Positions 1 through 36,902 of a stretch of DNA of 64,000 bases are shown one piece after another. A program made the position numbers and the translations under genes. Under the pieces are notes generated by a model. The model had not been told where the DNA came from. It made no database searches and saw only the letters and a list, made by a program, of their open reading frames with translations. Within the stretch, counting starts at the first letter, position 1; each line of letters begins with the position of its first letter. The DNA comes from the human T2T-CHM13v2.0 reference genome, Homo sapiens, in assembly GCF_009914755.1 (NCBI RefSeq), contig NC_060928.1, one strand, 5' to 3'.

Positions 1-630
1 CCCGCGCTGCAGCCCAGCCAGGCCGCGCCGGCAGAGGGGATCTCCCAACCTGCCCCGGCGCGCGGGGATTTCGCCTACGCCGCCCCGGCTCCTCCGGACG
101 GGGCGCTCTCCCACCCTCAGGCTCCTCGGTGGCCTCCGCACCCGGGCAAAAGCCGGGAGGACCGGGACCCGCAGCGCGACGGCCTGCCGGGCCCCTGCGC
201 GGTGGCACAGCCTGGGCCCGCTCAAGCGGGGCCGCAGGGCCAAGGGGTGCTTGCGCCACCCACGTCCCAGGGGAGTCCGTGGTGGGGCTGGGGCCGGGGT
301 CCCCAGGTCGCCGGGGCGGCGTGGGAACCCCAAGCCGGGGCAGCTCCACCTCCCCAGCCCGCGCCCCCGGACGCCTCCGCCTCCGCGCGGCAGGGGCAGA
401 TGCAAGGCATCCCGGCGCCCTCCCAGGCGCTCCAGGAGCCGGCGCCCTGGTCTGCACTCCCCTGCGGCCTGCTGCTGGATGAGCTCCTGGCGAGCCCGGA
501 GTTTCTGCAGCAGGCGCAACCTCTCCTAGAAACGGAGGCCCCGGGGGAGCTGGAGGCCTCGGAAGAGGCCGCCTCGCTGGAAGCACCCCTCAGCGAGGAA
601 GAATACCGGGCTCTGCTGGAGGAGCTTTAG
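1..630 (+). CDS. DUX4: DUX4 ORF, 3' part only (5' end outside window), including the C-terminal transactivation domain
   Basis: Translates to ...[15 protein letters not shown]...[12 protein letters not shown], identical to the C-terminus of the full copies. Confidence 0.95.
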   Translation, partial: PALQPSQAAPAEGISQPAPARGDFAYAAPAPPDGALSHPQAPRWPPHPGKSREDRDPQRDGLPGPCAVAQPGPAQAGPQGQGVLAPPTSQGSPWWGWGRGPQVAGAAWEPQAGAAPPPQPAPPDASASARQGQMQGIPAPSQALQEPAPWSALPCGLLLDELLASPEFLQQAQPLLETEAPGELEASEEAASLEAPLSEEEYRALLEEL

Positions 631-635
631 GACGC

Positions 636-655
636 GGGGTTGGGACGGGGTCGGG
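636..655 (+). other. G-quadruplex-forming motif overlapping the intron-1 donor (every unit)
   Basis: GGGG-TT-GGG-AC-GGGG-TC-GGG: four G-runs with 2-nt loops. Structure is predicted, not observed. Confidence 0.6.
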
Positions 656-866
656 TGGTTCGGGGCAGGGCCGTGGCCTCTCTTTCGCGGGGAACACCTG
701 GCTGGCTACGGAGGGGCGTGTCTCCGCCCCGCCCCCTCCACCGGGCTGACCGGCCTGGGATTCCTGCCTTCTAGGTCTAGGCCCGGTGAGAGACTCCACA
801 CCGCGGAGAACTGCCATTCTTTCCTGGGCATCCCGGGGATCCCAGAGCCGGCCCAGGTACCAGCAG
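639..866 (+). other. DUX4: DUX4 3'UTR intron 1 (639-774, 136 bp) and exon 2 (775-866); repeated in every unit
   Basis: GT donor 9 nt after the TAG (GCGGG|GTTGGG); tandem acceptors TTCTAG|GTCTAG|; donor CAGCAG|GTGGGC just past the KpnI site. Matches the known DUX4 transcript structure as recalled. Confidence 0.75.
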
Positions 867-1236
867 GTGGGCCGCCTACTGCGCACGCGCGGGTTTGCGG
901 GCAGCCGCCTGGGCTGTGGGAGCAGCCCGGGCAGAGCTCTCCTGCCTCTCCACCAGCCCACCCCGCCGCCTGACCGCCCCCTCCCCACCCCCACCCCCCA
1001 CCCCCGGAAAACGCGTCGTCCCCTGGGCTGGGTGGAGACCCCCGTCCCGCGAAACACCGGGCCCCGCGCAGCGTCCGGGCCTGACACCGCTCCGGCGGCT
1101 CGCCTCCTCTGCGCCCCCGCGCCACCGTCGCCCGCCCGCCCGGGCCCCTGCAGCCGCCCAGGTGCCAGCACGGAGCGCCTGGCGGCGGAACGCAGACCCC
1201 AGGCCCGGCGCACACCGGGGACGCTGAGCGTTCCAG

Positions 1237-1430
1237 GCGGGAGGGAAGGCGGGCAGAGATGGAGAGAGGAACGGGAGACCTAGAGGGGCGGAAGGACGGG
1301 CGGAGGGACGTTAGGAGGGAGGGAGGGAGGCAGGGAGGCAGGGAGGAACGGAGGGAAAGACAGAGCGACGCAGGGACTGGGGGCGGGCGGGAGGGAGCCG
1401 GGGACGGGGGGAGGAAGGCAGGGAGGAAAA
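1237..1430 (+). repeat. Purine-rich low-complexity tract (GGGA)n/(GGCAGGGA)n with G4/triplex potential (every unit)
   Basis: GGAGGGAGGGAGGGAGGCAGGGAGGCAGGGAGG... The + strand is strongly purine-skewed. The tract carries 8-bp and 4-bp slippage variants in some units. Confidence 0.75.
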
Positions 1431-2028
1431 GCGGTCCTCGGCCTCCGGGAGTAGCGGGACCCCCGCCCTCCGGGAAAACGGTCAGCGTCCGGCGCGGGCT
1501 GAGGGCTGGGCCCACAGCCGCCGCGCCGGCCGGCGGGGCACCACCCATTCGCCCCGGTTCCGGGGCCCAGGGAGTGGGCGGTTTCCTCCGGGACAAAAGA
1601 CCGGGACTCGGGTTGCCGTCGGGTCTTCACCCGCGCGGTTCACAGACCGCACATCCCCAGGCTGAGCCCTGCAACGCGGCGCGAGGCCGACAGCCCCGGC
1701 CACGGAGGAGCCACACGCAGGACGACGGAGGCGTGATTTTGGTTTCCGCGTGGCTTTGCCCTCCGCAAGGCGGCCTGTTGCTCACGTCTCTCCGGCCCCC
1801 GAAAGGCTGGCCATGCCGACTGTTTGCTCCCGGAGCTCTGCGGGCACCCGGAAACATGCAGGGAAGGGTGCAAGCCCGGCACGGTGCCTTCGCTCTCCTT
1901 GCCAGGTTCCAAACCGGCCACACTGCAGACTCCCCACGTTGCCGCACGCGGGAATCCATCGTCAGGCCATCACGCCGGGGAGGCATCTCCTCTCTGGGGT
2001 CTCGCTCTGGTCTTCTACGTGGAAATGA

Positions 2029-3927
<1,899 letters not shown>

Positions 3928-5033
3928 GACGCGGGGTTGGGACGGGGTCGGGTGGTTCGGGGCAGGGCGGTGGCCTCTCTTTCGCGGGGAACACCTGGCT
4001 GGCTACGGAGGGGCGTGTCTCCGCCCCGCCCCCTCCACCGGGCTGACCGGCCTGGGATTCCTGCCTTCTAGGTCTAGGCCCGGTGAGAGACTCCACACCG
4101 CGGAGAACTGCCATTCTTTCCTGGGCATCCCGGGGATCCCAGAGCCGGCCCAGGTACCAGCAGGTGGGCCGCCTACTGCGCACGCGCGGGTTTGCGGGCA
4201 GCCGCCTGGGCTGTGGGAGCAGCCCGGGCAGAGCTCTCCTGCCTCTCCACCAGCCCACCCCGCCGCCTGACCGCCCCCTCCCCACCCCCACCCCCCACCC
4301 CCGGAAAACGCGTCGTCCCCTGGGCTGGGTGGAGACCCCCGTCCCGCGAAACACCGGGCCCCGCGCAGCGTCCGGGCCTGACACCGCTCCGGCGGCTCGC
4401 CTCCTCTGCGCCCCCGCGCCACCGTCGCCCGCCCGCCCGGGCCCCTGCAGCCGCCCAGGTGCCAGCACGGAGCGCCTGGCGGCGGAACGCAGACCCCAGG
4501 CCCGGCGCACACCGGGGACGCTGAGCGTTCCAGGCGGGAGGGAAGGCGGGCAGAGATGGAGAGAGGAACGGGAGACCTAGAGGGGCGGAAGGACGGGCGG
4601 AGGGACGTTAGGAGGGAGGGAGGGAGGCAGGGAGGCAGGGAGGAACGGAGGGAAAGACAGAGCGACGCAGGGACTGGGGGCGGGCGGGAGGGAGCCGGGG
4701 ACGGGGGGAGGAAGGCAGGGAGGAAAAGCGGTCCTCGGCCTCCGGGAGTAGCGGGACCCCCGCCCTCCGGGAAAACGGTCAGCGTCCGGCGCGGGCTGAG
4801 GGCTGGGCCCACAGCCGCCGCGCCGGCCGGCGGGGCACCACCCATTCGCCCCGGTTCCGGGGCCCAGGGAGTGGGCGGTTTCCTCCGGGACAAAAGACCG
4901 GGACTCGGGTTGCCGTCGGGTCTTCACCCGCGCGGTTCACAGACCGCACATCCCCAGGCTGAGCCCTGCAACGCGGCGCGAGGCCGACAGCCCCGGCCAC
5001 GGAGGAGCCACACGCAGGACGACGGAGGCGTGA

Positions 5034-7223
<2,190 letters not shown>

Positions 7224-8329
7224 GACGCGGGGTTGGGACGGGGTCGGGTGGTTCGGGGCAGGGCGGTGGCCTCTCTTTCGCGGGGAACACCTGGCTGGCT
7301 ACGGAGGGGCGTGTCTCCGCCCCGCCCCCTCCACCGGGCTGACCGGCCTGGGATTCCTGCCTTCTAGGTCTAGGCCCGGTGAGAGACTCCACACCGCGGA
7401 GAACTGCCATTCTTTCCTGGGCATCCCGGGGATCCCAGAGCCGGCCCAGGTACCAGCAGGTGGGCCGCCTACTGCGCACGCGCGGGTTTGCGGGCAGCCG
7501 CCTGGGCTGTGGGAGCAGCCCGGGCAGAGCTCTCCTGCCTCTCCACCAGCCCACCCCGCCGCCTGACCGCCCCCTCCCCACCCCCACCCCCCACCCCCGG
7601 AAAACGCGTCGTCCCCTGGGCTGGGTGGAGACCCCCGTCCCGCGAAACACCGGGCCCCGCGCAGCGTCCGGGCCTGACACCGCTCCGGCGGCTCGCCTCC
7701 TCTGCGCCCCCGCGCCACCGTCGCCCGCCCGCCCGGGCCCCTGCAGCCGCCCAGGTGCCAGCACGGAGCGCCTGGCGGCGGAACGCAGACCCCAGGCCCG
7801 GCGCACACCGGGGACGCTGAGCGTTCCAGGCGGGAGGGAAGGCGGGCAGAGATGGAGAGAGGAACGGGAGACCTAGAGGGGCGGAAGGACGGGCGGAGGG
7901 ACGTTAGGAGGGAGGGAGGGAGGCAGGGAGGCAGGGAGGAACGGAGGGAAAGACAGAGCGACGCAGGGACTGGGGGCGGGCGGGAGGGAGCCGGGGACGG
8001 GGGGAGGAAGGCAGGGAGGAAAAGCGGTCCTCGGCCTCCGGGAGTAGCGGGACCCCCGCCCTCCGGGAAAACGGTCAGCGTCCGGCGCGGGCTGAGGGCT
8101 GGGCCCACAGCCGCCGCGCCGGCCGGCGGGGCACCACCCATTCGCCCCGGTTCCGGGGCCCAGGGAGTGGGCGGTTTCCTCCGGGACAAAAGACCGGGAC
8201 TCGGGTTGCCGTCGGGTCTTCACCCGCGCGGTTCACAGACCGCACATCCCCAGGCTGAGCCCTGCAACGCGGCGCGAGGCCGACAGCCCCGGCCACGGAG
8301 GAGCCACACGCAGGACGACGGAGGCGTGA

Positions 8330-10519
<2,190 letters not shown>

Positions 10520-11625
10520 GACGCGGGGTTGGGACGGGGTCGGGTGGTTCGGGGCAGGGCGGTGGCCTCTCTTTCGCGGGGAACACCTGGCTGGCTACGG
10601 AGGGGCGTGTCTCCGCCCCGCCCCCTCCACCGGGCTGACCGGCCTGGGATTCCTGCCTTCTAGGTCTAGGCCCGGTGAGAGACTCCACACCGCGGAGAAC
10701 TGCCATTCTTTCCTGGGCATCCCGGGGATCCCAGAGCCGGCCCAGGTACCAGCAGGTGGGCCGCCTACTGCGCACGCGCGGGTTTGCGGGCAGCCGCCTG
10801 GGCTGTGGGAGCAGCCCGGGCAGAGCTCTCCTGCCTCTCCACCAGCCCACCCCGCCGCCTGACCGCCCCCTCCCCACCCCCACCCCCCACCCCCGGAAAA
10901 CGCGTCGTCCCCTGGGCTGGGTGGAGACCCCCGTCCCGCGAAACACCGGGCCCCGCGCAGCGTCCGGGCCTGACACCGCTCCGGCGGCTCGCCTCCTCTG
11001 CGCCCCCGCGCCACCGTCGCCCGCCCGCCCGGGCCCCTGCAGCCGCCCAGGTGCCAGCACGGAGCGCCTGGCGGCGGAACGCAGACCCCAGGCCCGGCGC
11101 ACACCGGGGACGCTGAGCGTTCCAGGCGGGAGGGAAGGCGGGCAGAGATGGAGAGAGGAACGGGAGACCTAGAGGGGCGGAAGGACGGGCGGAGGGACGT
11201 TAGGAGGGAGGGAGGGAGGCAGGGAGGCAGGGAGGAACGGAGGGAAAGACAGAGCGACGCAGGGACTGGGGGCGGGCGGGAGGGAGCCGGGGACGGGGGG
11301 AGGAAGGCAGGGAGGAAAAGCGGTCCTCGGCCTCCGGGAGTAGCGGGACCCCCGCCCTCCGGGAAAACGGTCAGCGTCCGGCGCGGGCTGAGGGCTGGGC
11401 CCACAGCCGCCGCGCCGGCCGGCGGGGCACCACCCATTCGCCCCGGTTCCGGGGCCCAGGGAGTGGGCGGTTTCCTCCGGGACAAAAGACCGGGACTCGG
11501 GTTGCCGTCGGGTCTTCACCCGCGCGGTTCACAGACCGCACATCCCCAGGCTGAGCCCTGCAACGCGGCGCGAGGCCGACAGCCCCGGCCACGGAGGAGC
11601 CACACGCAGGACGACGGAGGCGTGA

Positions 11626-13815
<2,190 letters not shown>

Positions 13816-15221
13816 GACGCGGGGTTGGGACGGGGTCGGGTGGTTCGGGGCAGGGCGGTGGCCTCTCTTTCGCGGGGAACACCTGGCTGGCTACGGAGGG
13901 GCGTGTCTCCGCCCCGCCCCCTCCACCGGGCTGACCGGCCTGGGATTCCTGCCTTCTAGGTCTAGGCCCGGTGAGAGACTCCACACCGCGGAGAACTGCC
14001 ATTCTTTCCTGGGCATCCCGGGGATCCCAGAGCCGGCCCAGGTACCAGCAGGTGGGCCGCCTACTGCGCACGCGCGGGTTTGCGGGCAGCCGCCTGGGCT
14101 GTGGGAGCAGCCCGGGCAGAGCTCTCCTGCCTCTCCACCAGCCCACCCCGCCGCCTGACCGCCCCCTCCCCACCCCCACCCCCCACCCCCGGAAAACGCG
14201 TCGTCCCCTGGGCTGGGTGGAGACCCCCGTCCCGCGAAACACCGGGCCCCGCGCAGCGTCCGGGCCTGACACCGCTCCGGCGGCTCGCCTCCTCTGCGCC
14301 CCCGCGCCACCGTCGCCCGCCCGCCCGGGCCCCTGCAGCCGCCCAGGTGCCAGCACGGAGCGCCTGGCGGCGGAACGCAGACCCCAGGCCCGGCGCACAC
14401 CGGGGACGCTGAGCGTTCCAGGCGGGAGGGAAGGCGGGCAGAGATGGAGAGAGGAACGGGAGACCTAGAGGGGCGGAAGGACGGGCGGAGGGACGTTAGG
14501 AGGGAGGGAGGGAGGCAGGGAGGCAGGGAGGCAGGGAGGAACGGAGGGAAAGACAGAGCGACGCAGGGACTGGGGGCGGGCGGGAGGGAGCCGGGGACGG
14601 GGGGAGGAAGGCAGGGAGGAAAAGCGGTCCTCGGCCTCCGGGAGTAGCGGGACCCCCGCCCTCCGGGAAAACGGTCAGCGTCCGGCGCGGGCTGAGGGCT
14701 GGGCCCACAGCCGCCGCGCCGGCCGGCGGGGCACCACCCATTCGCCCCGGTTCCGGGGCCCAGGGAGTGGGCGGTTTCCTCCGGGACAAAAGACCGGGAC
14801 TCGGGTTGCCGTCGGGTCTTCACCCGCGCGGTTCACAGACCGCACATCCCCAGGCTGAGCCCTGCAACGCGGCGCGAGGCCGACAGCCCCGGCCACGGAG
14901 GAGCCACACGCAGGACGACGGAGGCGTGATTTTGGTTTCCGCGTGGCTTTGCCCTCCGCAAGGCGGCCTGTTGCTCACGTCTCTCCGGCCCCCGAAAGGC
15001 TGGCCATGCCGACTGTTTGCTCCCGGAGCTCTGCGGGCACCCGGAAACATGCAGGGAAGGGTGCAAGCCCGGCACGGTGCCTTCGCTCTCCTTGCCAGGT
15101 TCCAAACCGGCCACACTGCAGACTCCCCACGTTGCCGCACGCGGGAATCCATCGTCAGGCCATCACGCCGGGGAGGCATCTCCTCTCTGGGGTCTCGCTC
15201 TGGTCTTCTACGTGGAAATGA

Positions 15222-17120
<1,899 letters not shown>

Positions 17121-18518
17121 GACGCGGGGTTGGGACGGGGTCGGGTGGTTCGGGGCAGGGCGGTGGCCTCTCTTTCGCGGGGAACACCTGGCTGGCTACG
17201 GAGGGGCGTGTCTCCGCCCCGCCCCCTCCACCGGGCTGACCGGCCTGGGATTCCTGCCTTCTAGGTCTAGGCCCGGTGAGAGACTCCACACCGCGGAGAA
17301 CTGCCATTCTTTCCTGGGCATCCCGGGGATCCCAGAGCCGGCCCAGGTACCAGCAGGTGGGCCGCCTACTGCGCACGCGCGGGTTTGCGGGCAGCCGCCT
17401 GGGCTGTGGGAGCAGCCCGGGCAGAGCTCTCCTGCCTCTCCACCAGCCCACCCCGCCGCCTGACCGCCCCCTCCCCACCCCCACCCCCCACCCCCGGAAA
17501 ACGCGTCGTCCCCTGGGCTGGGTGGAGACCCCCGTCCCGCGAAACACCGGGCCCCGCGCAGCGTCCGGGCCTGACACCGCTCCGGCGGCTCGCCTCCTCT
17601 GCGCCCCCGCGCCACCGTCGCCCGCCCGCCCGGGCCCCTGCAGCCGCCCAGGTGCCAGCACGGAGCGCCTGGCGGCGGAACGCAGACCCCAGGCCCGGCG
17701 CACACCGGGGACGCTGAGCGTTCCAGGCGGGAGGGAAGGCGGGCAGAGATGGAGAGAGGAACGGGAGACCTAGAGGGGCGGAAGGACGGGCGGAGGGACG
17801 TTAGGAGGGAGGGAGGGAGGCAGGGAGGCAGGGAGGAACGGAGGGAAAGACAGAGCGACGCAGGGACTGGGGGCGGGCGGGAGGGAGCCGGGGACGGGGG
17901 GAGGAAGGCAGGGAGGAAAAGCGGTCCTCGGCCTCCGGGAGTAGCGGGACCCCCGCCCTCCGGGAAAACGGTCAGCGTCCGGCGCGGGCTGAGGGCTGGG
18001 CCCACAGCCGCCGCGCCGGCCGGCGGGGCACCACCCATTCGCCCCGGTTCCGGGGCCCAGGGAGTGGGCGGTTTCCTCCGGGACAAAAGACCGGGACTCG
18101 GGTTGCCGTCGGGTCTTCACCCGCGCGGTTCACAGACCGCACATCCCCAGGCTGAGCCCTGCAACGCGGCGCGAGGCCGACAGCCCCGGCCACGGAGGAG
18201 CCACACGCAGGACGACGGAGGCGTGATTTTGGTTTCCGCGTGGCTTTGCCCTCCGCAAGGCGGCCTGTTGCTCACGTCTCTCCGGCCCCCGAAAGGCTGG
18301 CCATGCCGACTGTTTGCTCCCGGAGCTCTGCGGGCACCCGGAAACATGCAGGGAAGGGTGCAAGCCCGGCACGGTGCCTTCGCTCTCCTTGCCAGGTTCC
18401 AAACCGGCCACACTGCAGACTCCCCACGTTGCCGCACGCGGGAATCCATCGTCAGGCCATCACGCCGGGGAGGCATCTCCTCTCTGGGGTCTCGCTCTGG
18501 TCTTCTACGTGGAAATGA

Positions 18519-20414
<1,896 letters not shown>

Positions 20415-21813
20415 GACGCGGGGTTGGGACGGGGTCGGGTGGTTCGGGGCAGGGCGGTGGCCTCTCTTTCGCGGGGAACACCTGGCTGGCTACGGAGGGG
20501 CGTGTCTCCGCCCCGCCCCCTCCACCGGGCTGACCGGCCTGGGATTCCTGCCTTCTAGGTCTAGGCCCGGTGAGAGACTCCACACCGCGGAGAACTGCCA
20601 TTCTTTCCTGGGCATCCCGGGGATCCCAGAGCCGGCCCAGGTACCAGCAGGTGGGCCGCCTACTGCGCACGCGCGGGTTTGCGGGCAGCCGCCTGGGCTG
20701 TGGGAGCAGCCCGGGCAGAGCTCTCCTGCCTCTCCACCAGCCCACCCCGCCGCCTGACCGCCCCCTCCCCACCCCCACCCCCCACCCCCGGAAAACGCGT
20801 CGTCCCCTGGGCTGGGTGGAGACCCCCGTCCCGCGAAACACCGGGCCCCGCGCAGCGTCCGGGCCTGACACCGCTCCGGCGGCTCGCCTCCTCTGCGCCC
20901 CCGCGCCACCGTCGCCCGCCCGCCCGGGCCCCTGCAGCCGCCCAGGTGCCAGCACGGAGCGCCTGGCGGCGGAACGCAGACCCCAGGCCCGGCGCACACC
21001 GGGGACGCTGAGCGTTCCAGGCGGGAGGGAAGGCGGGCAGAGATGGAGAGAGGAACGGGAGACCTAGAGGGGCGGAAGGACGGGCGGAGGGACGTTAGGA
21101 GGGAGGGAGGGAGGCAGGGAGGCAGGGAGGAACGGAGGGAAAGACAGAGCGACGCAGGGACTGGGGGCGGGCGGGAGGGAGCCGGGGACGGACGGGGGGA
21201 GGAAGGCAGGGAGGAAAAGCGGTCCTCGGCCTCCGGGAGTAGCGGGACCCCCGCCCTCCGGGAAAACGGTCAGCGTCCGGCGCGGGCTGAGGGCTGGGCC
21301 CACAGCCGCCGCGCCGGCCGGCGCGGCACCCATTCGCCCCGGTTCCGGGGCCCAGGGAGTGGGCGGTTTCCTCCGGGACAAAAGACCGGGACTCGGGTTG
21401 CCGTCGGGTCTTCACCCGCGCGGTTCACAGACCGCACATCCCCAGGCTGAGCCCTGCAACGCGGCGCGAGGCCGACAGCCCCGGCCACGGAGGAGCCACA
21501 CGCAGGACGACGGAGGCGTGATTTTGGTTTCCGCGTGGCTTTGCCCTCCGCAAGGCGGCCTGTTGCTCACGTCTCTCCGGCCCCCGAAAGGCTGGCCATG
21601 CCGACTGTTTGCTCCCGGAGCTCTGCGGGCACCCGGAAACATGCAGGGAAGGGTGCAAGCCCGGCACGGTGCCTTCGCTCTCCTTGCCAGGTTCCAAACC
21701 GGCCACACTGCAGACTCCCCACGTTGCCGCACGCGGGAATCCATCGTCAGGCCATCACGCCGGGGAGGCATCTCCTCTCTGGGGTCTCGCTCTGGTCTTC
21801 TACGTGGAAATGA

Positions 21814-23712
<1,899 letters not shown>

Positions 23713-24818
23713 GACGCGGGGTTGGGACGGGGTCGGGTGGTTCGGGGCAGGGCGGTGGCCTCTCTTTCGCGGGGAACACCTGGCTGGCTACGGAGGGGCG
23801 TGTCTCCGCCCCGCCCCCTCCACCGGGCTGACCGGCCTGGGATTCCTGCCTTCTAGGTCTAGGCCCGGTGAGAGACTCCACACCGCGGAGAACTGCCATT
23901 CTTTCCTGGGCATCCCGGGGATCCCAGAGCCGGCCCAGGTACCAGCAGGTGGGCCGCCTACTGCGCACGCGCGGGTTTGCGGGCAGCCGCCTGGGCTGTG
24001 GGAGCAGCCCGGGCAGAGCTCTCCTGCCTCTCCACCAGCCCACCCCGCCGCCTGACCGCCCCCTCCCCACCCCCACCCCCCACCCCCGGAAAACGCGTCG
24101 TCCCCTGGGCTGGGTGGAGACCCCCGTCCCGCGAAACACCGGGCCCCGCGCAGCGTCCGGGCCTGACACCGCTCCGGCGGCTCGCCTCCTCTGCGCCCCC
24201 GCGCCACCGTCGCCCGCCCGCCCGGGCCCCTGCAGCCGCCCAGGTGCCAGCACGGAGCGCCTGGCGGCGGAACGCAGACCCCAGGCCCGGCGCACACCGG
24301 GGACGCTGAGCGTTCCAGGCGGGAGGGAAGGCGGGCAGAGATGGAGAGAGGAACGGGAGACCTAGAGGGGCGGAAGGACGGGCGGAGGGACGTTAGGAGG
24401 GAGGGAGGGAGGCAGGGAGGCAGGGAGGAACGGAGGGAAAGACAGAGCGACGCAGGGACTGGGGGCGGGCGGGAGGGAGCCGGGGACGGGGGGAGGAAGG
24501 CAGGGAGGAAAAGCGGTCCTCGGCCTCCGGGAGTAGCGGGACCCCCGCCCTCCGGGAAAACGGTCAGCGTCCGGCGCGGGCTGAGGGCTGGGCCCACAGC
24601 CGCCGCGCCGGCCGGCGGGGCACCACCCATTCGCCCCGGTTCCGGGGCCCAGGGAGTGGGCGGTTTCCTCCGGGACAAAAGACCGGGACTCGGGTTGCCG
24701 TCGGGTCTTCACCCGCGCGGTTCACAGACCGCACATCCCCAGGCTGAGCCCTGCAACGCGGCGCGAGGCCGACAGCCCCGGCCACGGAGGAGCCACACGC
24801 AGGACGACGGAGGCGTGA

Positions 24819-27008
<2,190 letters not shown>

Positions 27009-27692
27009 GACGCGGGGTTGGGACGGGGTCGGGTGGTTCGGGGCAGGGCGGTGGCCTCTCTTTCGCGGGGAACACCTGGCTGGCTACGGAGGGGCGTGTC
27101 TCCGCCCCGCCCCCTCCACCGGGCTGACCGGCCTGGGATTCCTGCCTTCTAGGTCTAGGCCCGGTGAGAGACTCCACACCGCGGAGAACTGCCATTCTTT
27201 CCTGGGCATCCCGGGGATCCCAGAGCCGGCCCAGGTACCAGCAGGTGGGCCGCCTACTGCGCACGCGCGGGTTTGCGGGCAGCCGCCTGGGCTGTGGGAG
27301 CAGCCCGGGCAGAGCTCTCCTGCCTCTCCACCAGCCCACCCCGCCGCCTGACCGCCCCCTCCCCACCCCCACCCCCCACCCCCGGAAAACGCGTCGTCCC
27401 CTGGGCTGGGTGGAGACCCCCGTCCCGCGAAACACCGGGCCCCGCGCAGCGTCCCGGCCTGACACCGCTCCGGCGGCTCGCCTCCTCTGCGCCCCCGCGC
27501 CACCGTCGCCCGCCCGCCCGGGCCCCTGCAGCCGCCCAGGTGCCAGCACGGAGCGCCTGGCGGCGGAACGCAGACCCCAGGCCCGGCGCACACCGGGGAC
27601 GCTGAGCGTTCCAGGCGGGAGGGAAGGCGGGCAGAGATGGAGAGAGGAACGGGAGACCTAGAGGGGCGGAAGGACGGGCGGAGGGACGTTAG

Positions 27693-30311
<2,619 letters not shown>

Positions 30312-31417
30312 GACGCGGGGTTGGGACGGGGTCGGGTGGTTCGGGGCAGGGCGGTGGCCTCTCTTTCGCGGGGAACACCTGGCTGGCTACGGAGGGGCGT
30401 GTCTCCGCCCCGCCCCCTCCACCGGGCTGACCGGCCTGGGATTCCTGCCTTCTAGGTCTAGGCCCGGTGAGAGACTCCACACCGCGGAGAACTGCCATTC
30501 TTTCCTGGGCATCCCGGGGATCCCAGAGCCGGCCCAGGTACCAGCAGGTGGGCCGCCTACTGCGCACGCGCGGGTTTGCGGGCAGCCGCCTGGGCTGTGG
30601 GAGCAGCCCGGGCAGAGCTCTCCTGCCTCTCCACCAGCCCACCCCGCCGCCTGACCGCCCCCTCCCCACCCCCACCCCCCACCCCCGGAAAACGCGTCGT
30701 CCCCTGGGCTGGGTGGAGACCCCCGTCCCGCGAAACACCGGGCCCCGCGCAGCGTCCGGGCCTGACACCGCTCCGGCGGCTCGCCTCCTCTGCGCCCCCG
30801 CGCCACCGTCGCCCGCCCGCCCGGGCCCCTGCAGCCGCCCAGGTGCCAGCACGGAGCGCCTGGCGGCGGAACGCAGACCCCAGGCCCGGCGCACACCGGG
30901 GACGCTGAGCGTTCCAGGCGGGAGGGAAGGCGGGCAGAGATGGAGAGAGGAACGGGAGACCTAGAGGGGCGGAAGGACGGGCGGAGGGACGTTAGGAGGG
31001 AGGGAGGGAGGCAGGGAGGCAGGGAGGAACGGAGGGAAAGACAGAGCGACGCAGGGACTGGGGGCGGGCGGGAGGGAGCCGGGGACGGGGGGAGGAAGGC
31101 AGGGAGGAAAAGCGGTCCTCGGCCTCCGGGAGTAGCGGGACCCCCGCCCTCCGGGAAAACGGTCAGCGTCCGGCGCGGGCTGAGGCCTGGGCCCACAGCC
31201 GCCGCGCCGGCCGGCGGGGCACCACCCATTCGCCCCGGTTCCGGGGCCCAGGGAGTGGGCGGTTTCCTCCGGGACAAAAGACCGGGACTCGGGTTGCCGT
31301 CGGGTCTTCACCCGCGCGGTTCACAGACCGCACATCCCCAGGCTGAGCCCTGCAACGCGGCGCGAGGCCGACAGCCCCGGCCACGGAGGAGCCACACGCA
31401 GGACGACGGAGGCGTGA

Positions 31418-33607
<2,190 letters not shown>

Positions 33608-34061
33608 GACGCGGGGTTGGGACGGGGTCGGGTGGTTCGGGGCAGGGCGGTGGCCTCTCTTTCGCGGGGAACACCTGGCTGGCTACGGAGGGGCGTGTCT
33701 CCGCCCCGCCCCCTCCACCGGGCTGACCGGCCTGGGATTCCTGCCTTCTAGGTCTAGGCCCGGTGAGAGACTCCACACCGCGGAGAACTGCCATTCTTTC
33801 CTGGGCATCCCGGGGATCCCAGAGCCGGCCCAGGTACCAGCAGGTGGGCCGCCTACTGCGCACGCGCGGGTTTGCGGGCAGCCGCCTGGGCTGTGGGAGC
33901 AGCCCGGGCAGAGCTCTCCTGCCTCTCCACCAGCCCACCCCGCCGCCTGACCGCCCCCTCCCCACCCCCACCCCCCACCCCCGGAAAACGCGTCGTCCCC
34001 TGGGCTGGGTGGAGACCCCCGTCCCGCGAAACACCGGGCCCCGCGCAGCGTCCGGGCCTGA

Positions 34062-36902
<2,841 letters not shown>

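Noticed and set aside
856-1450. Exact LSau boundaries and CTCF/insulator or KLF15 enhancer sites
   Set aside because: Reported for this part of D4Z4, but I cannot place coordinates reliably from sequence alone, so they are not annotated.
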